This document shows, piece after piece, positions 1 through 11,073 of a DNA stretch of 64,000 nt (the stretch's first letter is position 1; each line of letters begins with the position of its first letter). Below the pieces are notes generated by a model. That model searched no databases. It was given only the letters and a program-made list of their open reading frames with translations, and was not told the DNA's origin. This stretch comes from Macrostomum lignano (Eukaryota). The position numbers were made by a program, and so were the translations under genes. The stretch is from NCBI GenBank assembly GCA_002269645.1, contig NIVC01003047.1, positions 18,129-82,128 on the forward strand, written 5' to 3'.

Positions 1-1548
1 CTTGGAAGGGCTAACCTATGCCGAACCAGGCAGAGGAAGTAATGCTAATCAATAAGGCGAACATTGCTGATTAGCTGCTCTTGAGCTATTAGGAATATCT
101 TCATGCTTGGATGGCCAAACGTATGTTTTCCATCCCTCAACTCCTAATTGATGGGGACAATCAAAAGGCTGGTAAAAAATCGACAGGTCGAAGCAATCTG
201 ATTTGCCTGGACTTGAGACTGGAAATTTCTCTCTGGTACTCGCTCACGGCCTGGCTCCCAGAACATCGAGTGCAGTGGTAAAAACTGGCATGGGATTTAC
301 AAAATTCGCTAAAGTTCAAGATGGCTAAATGCAATATCGACTTTCCTCCAATTCCTAGTGCACACAGTCTTTATCGATGCAGCAGCTATGATGGCAACTT
401 GTAACTGCTTTTTGGCTAACTACAACCGAAAATATATATCACGATAAGCGGGAAATGCCAGCTGTAATTTTGGCATTTTTGCAACTAAATGTGCCATCCC
501 CTCCATACTAAATGTCTAAATATTTACTAGATGCCATAGCACAAGCCAGCGTAAACACAAGCACTCAGGGATGTGAGCCAAGATTAATTCCGGACGAACA
601 CGACTGTCTCTGTCTTTTGCACCGCTCCATTTTCTGTGCCAATTAGAAGGAAAATTGACTGGACAAATTAAATCAAGGCCCTTCGGTGGCGGACGGAGGC
701 TGCAGCTGTGCAGGATACAAATCCCCTTGGCGGTCTCAATTTGACCTCGGAAGAGACATTTTAGACAAATGTTGGGCACTAAAACAAATTGGATTAGGGC
801 TGGTCTGGCCGGATGGAACCAATCTGAATGTCTCAAGGATATGCAGTGAGAGCATTGATGTGTTATTTTGGCTGCATGCTTTCAGTCTCTTAGTGGTTGA
901 TTTATATATTTTCCTTTTTAACTTTAAATTAAAAAAAGTTATATTACTATGTAAATAGTTGATGAATAAAACTTTGAGCTGCATGGAGTACAACAATTCG
1001 TAGTGTGGCTACGAGCTACTATGCTCAATTTTGCATTCCGAATGCCAGCAGCTATTCTCTCTCCTTCTCGCTCCCCTCTCTTACCCTGCCTCCGTGCACA
1101 TTAGGCATGCAAAAGTGGACTGAGAAGCATCGGCAACTAAGCCACTCCTAGTAGACTGCCACCGCCCCAATGAGCACTCTGAGGCTTGAGTCAACCTACC
1201 CCCAAACGGAGTCAACGAGGTTTTGGTCGGTTAATTGAGGGCCATTTTTAGGGGCAGTCAGCCCGGCAGAGACTCAGGCGCACAATGGTTGGGCTGTACA
1301 ATAAGCCTTCCCTATGCACTTGCTTCTCCACTCTTCTCTTCTTTTGTTGCCATGCCAACCAGATGCATCTTCCAACCTCCCAATTGGCGCGCTTTTTTCA
1401 ATCTCTCTCTCTCTCTTTTTAGTTTTAATAGCTGTGCAAGAGCCATATTCTCTTTTAAAAGAAATTCATCTTTGAACTGAGTGTCTAACTGCAATTTCTG
1501 TCAGCTGAAATAGTTCGCTCACTCCAGGAGAGCACAGACTGAGCAGCC

Positions 1549-3740
1549 ATGCAGCGCGAAGCAACAGGCGTTCTATTCAGCTACTTCAACAAGAGGTAAG
1601 CGATGCTGTTTGGCAGATATGCCGCGACATTAGCCGTGCGGTCCCGTTTATCACAGGCTCTGATCGGTCGGGAACTGCTACTATAAACCGTGCAGCCAGG
1701 CCAGAACCAGTCGAAAGCACTAGAAAAATAACCTTAAAAATCGGCGTTTTCGCCGGGGTAAGAAAAAACATTTCCGCCAGCGAAGTCTCCCAGGCTTGCG
1801 CGGCCGCCTGCAAAGTTGGCCTATAAAGAGCGACTAGGGGGTTGATTCATATTTTCCTTTAAATGATCCACTTGACCTTTTTCCAATTCTAGCCTGCTTG
1901 TTGGCTCTGGATTATAGCCTCGCAGGGGGAATAGCAGGGAGCAGTGGTCAGCGAAAGTGGGCCCGCTAATCCAAACTTTGATCAGGCGAAACCTGCCGAC
2001 CAAAGACATGCTCCAGTAATCCCTGCTCGGCACTGCAGGCGAGTGTCGCAACCGGAATTCGGTACTTTAAATGGGAATGGTGGTCACGATTAAGAAAAAA
2101 CATCTAACGATTGATCCAACCTAGCGAATCTACGAATGACATATGACAGTTTAGCGGCAACATTTTTTTGATAGCATATTCAATGGAACTCTTGGCATGA
2201 TAACTAGCCCGGTCCCTTTCCAGCCAGTACCATGAGCGTTGCGTGCCAGCTCAGTCAACTCAGGCGGCGGCCGCGGCGGCTGAGAAGCCGCTGACCAGCG
2301 CCGAGCTGCGAAAAATGGACGCCGTCGGTCAGGACAAAGTCTGGCGTCAGTACGTGGAGAACGAGAGCCGGCACAACAAGCAGTGGTGAGAGTCCGTTTT
2401 AGGTGGCATTCACGCATCCTTGATTACCACAGCCTACATCATCCATATCACTATGATTTGCGATTCCGCAAGGCTTTGTACAGCCTTGACTCTGAGCTTT
2501 GGTTTTACCTGAAGTTAGTTGGCCTAATATCAAGTCTTGGACGCACGTAGAGGTGTCCGAAAATCCAATCACCCAGGTCACTCAACCATAGACGAGTATT
2601 GTGACCCAAGGGCGCAGCCAGGATTTTTTATTTTATTGGAGAGGCCAATTTAGTTGTCGGGGAACTGCAAAAATTGGAAATAGAAATGCAAAACCTGCTT
2701 TAAAAGGCGCCAAATCAGCGGGTTTCCATACTTTTTTACCCCCCCCCTCTTGGCTACATGTACGTCTCTGTTCCAAGCACACATGGAATCGAACTTTGGC
2801 CCACAAGATCGTGATAACCTACCCTTATTTCAAATCTAACCATCCATCAATTATTTTGTTCGAATTTCAGGGAGCAAAACTGGGGCTTCATGGCGGAGTT
2901 CGATCAAAAGGTAAGAAATCTCAAAGCATCTCAGATTCTCAATAGTTCAATGTTTTAGTTGCGAGAGTGAGGTTCTAGGAATTCACTTCTCTGAGCACGG
3001 AGTCCTGAGCAGTTTAGTCTCTAAGCATGGGGTCCTGAGCACGTAGTCTCTGAGCATGGGATCTTGAGCATTTTAGTCTCTGAGCATGGGATCCTGAGCA
3101 GTTTAGTCCCTGAGCATGAAATCCTGAGCATTTTAGTCTCTGAGCACGGAGTCCTGAGCAGTTTAGTCTCTGAGCATGGGGTCCTGAGCACTTTAGTCTC
3201 TGAGCATGGGATCCTGAGCATTTTAGTCTCTAAGCATGGGATCCTGAGCAGTTTAGTCCCTGAGCATGGAATCCTGAGCATTTTAGTCTCTGAGCATGGG
3301 GTCCTGAGCATTTTAGTCTCTGAGCATGGGATCCTGAGCAGTTTAGTCCCTGAGCATGGAATCCTGAGCATTTTGGTCTCTGAGCATGGGGTCCTGAGCA
3401 TGTTAAATATAAAAGAATACATGTTGTGACTTTGGATGATATAAAAGTCAATATAAGTTGAGCGAGTCAATGGAATTTTTAAAAAGCTATTGTAAAAGGA
3501 TAAAATTAGCACAATCAGACTTCGAATCCCATTAAACTCAACCCGCAGGGTAACAAGAAGGAGCGCAAGGTGCTGGCAGAGGAGTCCACCGTGTTCTCAA
3601 CCAGCTTCCCGAACACGGACGCCGGGAACTACGGGCACCGGGTGAACACGGCCACTGGCCAGCGGTTGATGGACATGCAGAGAAAATTTGACGCCGCCAA
3701 CAAGAGGTCCAAGCCGGACAAGGATATTGTGTGCTACTGA
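1549..3740 (+). CDS. C2orf50: C2orf50 (CIMIP5)-like ciliary microtubule inner protein, about 146 aa. Exons: 1549-1595 (tentative), 2224-2385, 2871-2910, 3549-3740
   Basis: The spliced translation ...KMDAVGQDKVWRQYVENESRHNKQW|EQNWGFMAEFDQK|GNKKERKVLAEESTVFSTSFPNTDAGNYGHRVNTATGQRLMDMQRKFDAANKRSKPDKDIVCY* parallels the C2orf50 pattern QDQLWRE..EAE...QQRW.QNWSFLKDYDPMGNKKE.... All junctions are GT-AG and phase-compatible. Exon 1 was chosen only for its GCCATG context, its AG|gtaagc donor and the phase match. Confidence 0.75.
2990..3400. repeat. 30-bp tandem minisatellite (TGAGCATGGGATCCTGAGCATTTTAGTCTC-like) in an intron of the C2orf50-like gene
   Basis: Directly visible tandem copies; they explain ORFs 3021..3512 and 3064..3429. 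Confidence 0.95.
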
Positions 3741-4054
3741 GCGGCCCAGAGCCCTAAACAATTGAGCCTGTTTTTTGTAAAATCTAACGATTTTTTATCG
3801 CGCGAATATACTGTAACATATTATTTTTAACTGCATTATTATTTTAAACATATCGTCTCATGGCCGAAGAGGCTTCGTGACCGAAAGTTTTAAACTGGTT
3901 TTGATTGTTTTTTTATTATTTTTGTCTCCAAGCGTATATACTAACTGATCACGTGAAATTTTTTTAGTGAGCAAGAAGAGTTGGGGGGGAAGTGAGTGTG
4001 CAAAGCAATGGATGGGTCAGCCTTCTACGAGACCTAAAAGAGGGGTCTATGAGA

Positions 4055-4697
4055 ATTTCCCGCAGGAAGTTTTCCCACCGTGGTTTTCCCGTGAGAGTTT
4101 TTCCCGCCGAGCTTTTCCCGCCGGGTTTTTCCTGTCGGAATTTCAAGTTAAATCCAATCGGATTTGAAATATAGTCTAGTCTAGTTCTAATATAGTCTGT
4201 TTTTAATCTAGTCTGTTTTTAATCTAGTCTAGTTTATGTCTAGTCTAGTCTAGTCTAGGCTATTTCTAATCTAGTCCAGCATTGTCTATAGATTGGATTT
4301 GACATGAGATTCCGACTGTAAAAACCCTGCGGGAAAACCTCGGCGGGAAAACCTCGGCGGGAAAACCTCGGCGGGAAAATCGGCGGGAAAACCTCGGCGG
4401 GAAAACCTCGGCGGGAAAATCTCGGCGGGAAAACCTCGGCGGGAAAACCTCGGCGGGAAAATCTCGGCGTAAAAAGCTCGGCGGGAAAACCTCGGCGGGA
4501 AAATCTCGGCGTAAAAAGCTCGGCGGGAAAACCTCGGCGGGAAAATCTCGGCGTAAAAAGCTCGGCGGGAAAACCTGGCTGCGGGAAAACCTCGGCGGGA
4601 AAACCTCGGCGGGAAAACCTCGGCGGGAAAACCCCGGCGGGAAAATCTCGGCGTAAAAAGCTCGGCGGGAAAACCTGGCTGCGGGAAAAGCTCGGCG
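4055..4697. mobile_element. Foldback-like element: inverted arms built from a 14-bp GGGAAAACCTCGGC repeat around a (TCTAG)n spacer
   Basis: The left arm cccgccgggtttttcctgtcggaatttcaagttaaatccaatc (about 4119-4161) matches the reverse complement of gattggatttgacatgagattccgactgtaaaaaccctgcggg (about 4291-4333). Beyond these junctions both arms continue as the 14-bp repeat in opposite orientation. Confidence 0.65.
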
Positions 4698-4830
4698 CGC
4701 TTGTTATGTTGCTCAGGATTCAGCGGAATGGGCAGAATTGCCTCAGGGCTGGTTGCGGGATCGGGACGATGTCGCTTAAGGTGTTGCGCCAAGGTGCCCC
4801 ACAGCCCTCCTGCGGATGTTTATTTTTAGG
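4694..4830. repeat. Dispersed repeat of about 135 bp, copy 1 (copy 2 at about 11842-11970)
   Basis: Shared blocks in the same order: ggcgcgcttgt...gctcagg...agcggaatgggcag...aattgcctca...ggacgatgtcgc...aagg...gcgc.a.ggtgccc. Confidence 0.75.
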
Positions 4831-5351
4831 GTCATCCAAAACGAAATAAATCATAAATTCATACTTAAAATTTCCTCTGAAAAGTCAACTATATACGAGA
4901 TTCCATATATTTTTGCGCTTTTTCGATACAGCCTACCACAAGTAGCATAATGGGAATATATCGTCTCGTTTGGCTTTGCTTCTTCACTGAGTTTTCCAAA
5001 ACGGAATATAAAATGTATTGCTTGATGAATTTCTACACTCGCACTACATGCACGATAACATTCAATATTGCATGCAGCGATTCAAAGGTTCCATTGCAAA
5101 GTAACAGTTTGGCGGATTCCCGTTACAGTTTCGCTCACATTACCACACAAGTGTCGATCGCGTCATGCATATGGCATTAAAGGCTTACAAAAAGCATACA
5201 TGTAAGCGTAGGAACGGGGGCAGTAATGGTATCTGGCCCCTCCACATTTTAAATGCAAAATGTAGGCTTTTTGCTTGTTTCTTACTCTTATTTCTGGTTT
5301 TTGCTGCTTTTCATGAATGCACTTTGCTGCAGGACGACAAAACATATAGCG

Positions 5352-5540
5352 CCTACGGCGCGAAAATGAGTGCCTGCGGCGCCAAAATGAGTGCCTGCGG
5401 CGCCAAAACGAGTGCCTGCGGCGCGAAAATGAGTGCCTGCGGCGCCAAAATGAGTGCCTGTGGCGCCAAAATGAGTGCCTGTGGCGCCAAAATGAGTGCC
5501 TGCGGCGCCAAAATGAGTGCCTGTGGCACAAAAAATGAGT
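5352..5540. repeat. 21-bp tandem repeat (GCGCCAAAATGAGTGCCTGCG), possibly inside a MITE of about 5200-5697
   Basis: The tandem copies are visible. Imperfect terminal inverted repeats are taagcgtaggaacg (about 5204) and cgttcctccgccta (about 5681-5694). Confidence 0.85.
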
Positions 5541-6806
5541 GCTGACAACACCGATTCTGAAAATAATCGGTACATGATAATGTGCATTTCCGATATACAA
5601 ATTAAAAAAATCTAAGTTGACGGGGGCCGCCCTGTGCGCCCCCCCCCCTAAATCCGCCACTAAACCCCCACTTTTTGAAACGTTCCTCCGCCTATGATAA
5701 AAAGAACTATTTTGTAAAAGAAATCCAGCCAACACAGTACTTTTATTAAATACAATTTTCCGGTTAGCACACATCCACCAAACGTGTGTCACATGGAGCC
5801 AATAGACTAATCCTTGTCAGGTTGTCACGCTCCGATGCAGATTTTAAGCAAGACTGTCAGGCTGCCGCAAAGCAACTGTACTACGAGTAGTAGGTAGGCT
5901 TTATATTAATGTTGCCGTGGCTAGCTAACAGATTGTACTTTAATAATCCATTATGTCAATTTTGATCCTTAGTGAAATGCAGACGGACGGAAGCTCGGCA
6001 TCCAGCGACGTGTGTTTTATAAAGTGAAATTTTGCTTTCCATAATTCGCGCTTGATCAGCTTGACTTCCGAAAGTTTCAGAAGCTTTAATGGTCGATACG
6101 TAAAATTAAAAAATCTCAAGTTCATAATTTACCGAAGCTTCAATCGAACCGTGAAGAATTCTGAAATTTTAAGTCCGAGCTTTAAACTTCCGAAACTTCA
6201 CTGAATCCAAGGACTACTATAGATTATAACCTTCCAGTGGTCCTTGACCGTGTCATCAAGATGCCGAAACTTCACAGTTCGTAAGCATCAAACTCAAAGC
6301 GTGATATTGTAATATATTGAAAAAATTTCCACTTCTCAAAATTCTAAATCTAAACACATTTGTGACACGACCTAGCTATTTGTCTCTTTCACAATTAAAG
6401 ACTCTGTGTGATATACTCGTACCTAAGGTACTCTCTGCAATCAGTAGAAGGATTTGAACTGGCTCTGTTACTGCCACGTCCATGAAATGAAAATACACAT
6501 CCTACATGCATATATGGAGACATAATGCATTACTACAGAATTGGACAGAAAAACGAACGATCGGCTCCCTGATGCCCTCAAATAGGGGGTCACAATTTAG
6601 TTTAAAACCCTTATTGCGCAGGACTGTAAGTACAGTGCTAAATATATATATATATATCTCCAAAATGATGTACAGTGCCTAAAGAATGCCACCGGGAGCA
6701 TTTCTGAAGATAAAAGTCGACGGCATTTAAGAGTCGGACGCCAGGCAGTTCCATAAAGCATCGCGCGAGTTTGTTTTAATACTATTGAACGGATTATAAA
6801 GTCAGA

Positions 6807-7109
6807 ATGAAGCGAGAAACGATTGCCTTGACTAGAATATTCGGACTTCTTCTGTTCTCAGTGGCCGCCTTGTCTGCCCCAACGCAGCTCAGCGAGGACC
6901 TGCGGGCGTACAACACAGAGGAGGAGCCGGCAATGGACAGCCTGGACCAGGAGGACGACCTGTCAGAAGCCCCGTAGGACGAAGACAATGAGCCACCGGC
7001 AGGCCAGGAAGAGGCCGACGACAGCGAAGAGAATAATTCGGAGAAGTATAGAGGGTACAGCTTCAGGAAGAACCGACTGGCACGCTTCAAGGGCTACTCG
7101 CCTTCCTGA
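6807..7109 (+). pseudogene. Secreted acidic prepropeptide gene of 100 codons, interrupted by an in-frame TAG at 6975-6977
   Basis: MKRETIALTRIFGLLLFSVAALSAPTQLSEDLRAYNTEEEPAMDSLDQEDDLSEAP*DEDNEPPAGQEEADDSEENNSEKYRGYSFRKNRLARFKGYSPS*. It has a signal peptide, an acidic spacer that continues in the same composition across the stop, and a basic tail. Confidence 0.6.
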
Positions 7110-8309
7110 GCAGGGACATCCTTACAAAGGTTGAAACTTTGACATTTTATTACTTTAGCGTACAAAAATGGTGTGTCACGAATATGCAGAACAACCGAAT
7201 AAGTTAAAATGCCCGCTTCTATGAATAGTACTGTTGCTATATTAACGTACTTTTCAAAACTCAACCAGCAACTACAATTTCTGCACATGCTCAGTAGTAG
7301 TATGTACCTAGTGATGAAGCACATACGGGCTAATTCTAAGAGTATGAGTAATGCATACTGATCAATAAAACAAATTTACTTTATTTTGTCAAGCTAATTA
7401 ATATCATAGATATAATATACCATTCTTTATACAACCAAAACGCTCATAAGGAGCAGTTATTCGTTAAACTTCGATTCGAATTCCAATCTGATATTAAATG
7501 TACTTTTAAACGAATAACCATAAGGAAAATTTTTGCGTCATCAAACACCTATGTACATTATTTTCTCTCCGCTGTATACATGTACAATTGTACATCAGTT
7601 GTGCCATCGGCATCAATCCGTCATGCCCTGCCGGCGCAGTGCGATTTTTTGCTCAAATTGAAGACGGCTTGGTCCTCTCTGCAAAGCAAAACAAAATGGC
7701 ACTGTTTCCAGATAGTTGTGAAACTTGTGTCTAGTGAACTGCTTCCTTGCCTTTGCCTTCGTGCGCACTGTACGTACAATTTGCAACAGAATATAGTAAC
7801 AATTTAGCTTTAGCCTACCCCACAGGCCCACAGTACAACAACACATACATAGCTCGCAACTTCGGCAATACTGAAGCCCACGAAGCCGCTTGTTTTGCAT
7901 TTGCTCTGTCTTGCGCTGGTCCGTGGATCCGGTTGAAATTGAAATGCAAAAACCGCATAGATTCAGGGCTTTGGGCTGGGCACCTCCAGGCAACGTACCA
8001 GAGTTGGAAAGTGGAATTGGAACTAAACTGCATGTCCAAGGGCATTTCGGGGGGTCGGGGGTTGGAAAGTCTCGGCTCCTGCAATGTACAGTGACAATGT
8101 ACATTAGCCGAGTAAAAAATTGGAAGCTGTTTGTCCCTTTCTCTCCCCCGCCAGTCCCGCCGGGGCCCAAATCCAAACATTAACCAACCCCACAGTAAAT
8201 TTAAAGCGTTCGTTCACCTTGCCCAGTGAAGAGGGTTTGTTTTCCCGCGCCGCTCATTGAACTGGGGGAGGGGGTGGTGTTACCCAAGTTGGGTACCCCA
8301 TTCCCCCTG

Positions 8310-8316
8310 TATAAAA
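8310..8316 (+). promoter_or_regulatory. Candidate TATA box for the Ly6/Quiver-like gene
   Basis: TATAAAA about 140 nt upstream of the ATG at 8455. Confidence 0.3.
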
Positions 8317-8454
8317 CTATTTGCCAAAAGCTTCCTTTCGTATATGCAAGCCGGTCCTCTGCTCTCTTTTGTCTAAATTCTTTTCTGGCGTTATTAAAAA
8401 CGATTTAATTTGCACTAAGGTCGCTTTTAATAGTAAACTCAATAATATTACACT

Positions 8455-9162
8455 ATGGCTGTACAAAGGTTTGCAATCTTGATTGCACTGATGGCCTGCT
8501 TTTGCTATTATGGTGAGAAAACTGACTTATTCGTTTGAAAAGTCTAAATCTGAAGAGCCCCATGCAAATCCCCATAGTCAATTTTTTGGTTTTTGGCTAG
8601 GCTAATTATTAAGGCGATCCTTAAATTATTGGAATTGTAATTTTATTAATATTTTACAGCTAGCGGCCTGCGTTGCTACATCTGCAATAGCCTGAACGAC
8701 AAAGCATGTGATGGCGATAGTCTGGATAAGAAATTCCTCATCAACTGCAGTCTGGGCCGCAACGACGGCAGCGGGCCCAGCGCATTCAAGCCGGTGCCAA
8801 ACGCCAAAGTCTGCTGGAAGCAGAGGCAAGACGGTAAGGCTGTGTCGTACACAGAAAGATACAAAATACATTGTGTGTACGACATTGTGTGGATTGCTAA
8901 CACTTGCTTTTTGATTTTTATATACTTTTTCTTCAACTTTCCAGTGGAAGGCCGGATCATTGTGGATCGAATGTGTGGCCAAGAGTTGGAGAGCGGCAAC
9001 GTCAACACCTGCTACGACCGGGTTGGCACCAAGAAGGTCAAGGTGCGCTACTGCGTCTGCGACAAAGACGAGTGCAACGGTTCGGGCTCGGTCGGCGGCT
9101 CTTCGATCGGAGTTGCGCTGGCTCTGCTTGCAGCCTTCCTGGCCGCGCCTTGGGGCCTCTGA
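8455..9162 (+). CDS. Quiver/Sleepless-type Ly6/uPAR three-finger GPI-anchored protein. Exons: 8455-8512, 8660-8833, 8945-9162
   Basis: Signal peptide MAVQRFAILIALMACFCYYASG, then LRCYICN, 10 Cys ending in YCVCDKDECN, then a small-residue omega region and a hydrophobic GPI tail (SSIGVALALLAAFLAAPWGL*). The two phase-1 introns are compatible. Confidence 0.9.
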
Positions 9163-11073
9163 GCATGAGCTGCTGCGCTAGCATTGAAGGTTTCAACTTG
9201 ATTCTTGAAGCAATTCAAGTTCCAGTAGTAGTGCACATCAATTCTTAACTACGTTTACGAATTGCAATCTTAGTTTATTGGCTATTTATATTGTGCTACT
9301 ATTATAGTTTATTACTATACAATTTATACCTTATAGCAATAGCAAGGCTTCTGTTTCATTTTCCAAAATCGTCACATTTGCATCATTTAGCGTGAGAATA
9401 CATACTAGTGTAATACACAGCTTGATCCATCTAGTTATAAAGCTTTGGCGAATTCTCATCTCATACCCTCCCTAGCCCGCGCTGTGTACATCTAGAGCAA
9501 AGTACATTTCCTTATCGCCCACTTGTGTGTACATTAAGGAAACAACCACCCCATTCGCACCCAAAGATAATCAATAAGTACACAACCTTTATCTTAGCTT
9601 AGCAATTCATAACTCCATTCAACTAATTATAGTTAAAAAAATATTGAATATAAAAACCTTAGCACTCATTAAGCAGGCCATAAATTGAAAATAAATGTTC
9701 CGTTTTTAACCATTTTAAGTGAATTTGTTCGCTTGCAGAGCAGTGTCTGCATTTAACAGCTTTTTGAAAAATGAAATTGAAAAAATAAATTTAATTATCG
9801 AAATCAACCTCAATGAAACTGAGAGACAATTCGAACTAATGTTTTCTTATATCCCTGCTATAAAATCTTTGGTCATTAGCATTGTGTTTGTTTATTGTAC
9901 TTGTACAGATAACATATAAACTGAATTGAGTCATCATTGAAAAAAAACTATATCAGAAGTTTGTAAAATCAAACCAATAGACTAATGCAGTGCAAGCAGA
10001 TTATAACATGTGTATAATTAGCCAGTACAGGCAATGCAGATTAATTCACAGCAATTATGCCTAATCGATAAATTAAATTGAATCAACAATACTTAGGAAT
10101 ACCTTATCTGCAACCCGATATACAATTATGTTTGTTAATAAAGCTTAGTTCTGTGTGTGCTTGGTCCAGTCACTAATCAACAGCAATAGGTTTTTACTGT
10201 TCATACTGTAAGACCATCCATTGCTCTATAATGTAAAAATGGATTGGTTAAAACAAAAGTATCTTAATCCTTGAAGCCCCTTGTTTTGAATTTTTTGGGT
10301 TACTAGTAGTTGTTAAAGCAAAAAAATCTAGTTTGCTTAAAGAGTGTCCACGATTTGATAATCTGAATTTCCAGTCTTCATATAGATACACTTTTTAAAA
10401 ACGATATGAAAAATAGAGTAGAGGTATATAAACATATACAAGGCATTTGAAAGTAAAATTTATTCATTGGAAGACTTCTAAGTGAATTATTGATTCGCAG
10501 CCACTTGGCAAGTTTGTTATTTTGAAGTTTCACTATGAGATAAATAAATCCTATTTATCACGGAAGAGACATTCAGGCAAAAGGCTGCGCACATTGCACA
10601 AATTTAAAATAGCCGCTCTTAAGAAATGAATAAATCAAACTTTAAATAATTAGCTATATATACTCCTTAGAGAACAAGGGAAAATATCACTTCTACAAAA
10701 AAGATGTATAAAACATACTGGCCCTGATAGTGCAGGATTAACATGTTTGGAGTCATTGGGAAAGTCTCTTGGATCATGCACAGGCATAAAACGTGGTTCA
10801 TCATTTTCTGTTGACAATCTGAACTACGGCCACTTATACCTGGACAATGCTTAATTTAGCAGTTTACTTCACTATGTGATTCATATTTCACCTGGTTACT
10901 GAAGGGACTGCCATCTACTGACGGTACACGTATTGATTACTTGCTCAAAAGTTAACACACCGCTAGATCGAATAATTATTAAAGACGCCAACTCAGTCAA
11001 CATGAGAAGATTTTAAATATTGTTCTGGGCCATTCTCCTGCGTATCCACCACCAGTGAGCTGATGACGAGAGT

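Noticed and set aside
1-1500. Possible LINE endonuclease remnant (WFHPARPALIQFVLVPN in ORF 516..836)
   Set aside because: The resemblance rests on one short motif, with no RT motifs or consistent frame, which is too weak to report.
7580-8200. Overlapping ORFs including a Cys-rich stretch (YCRSCELCMCCC) and an ATG-less signal-peptide-like stretch
   Set aside because: There is no coherent exon chain, start codon or family motif.
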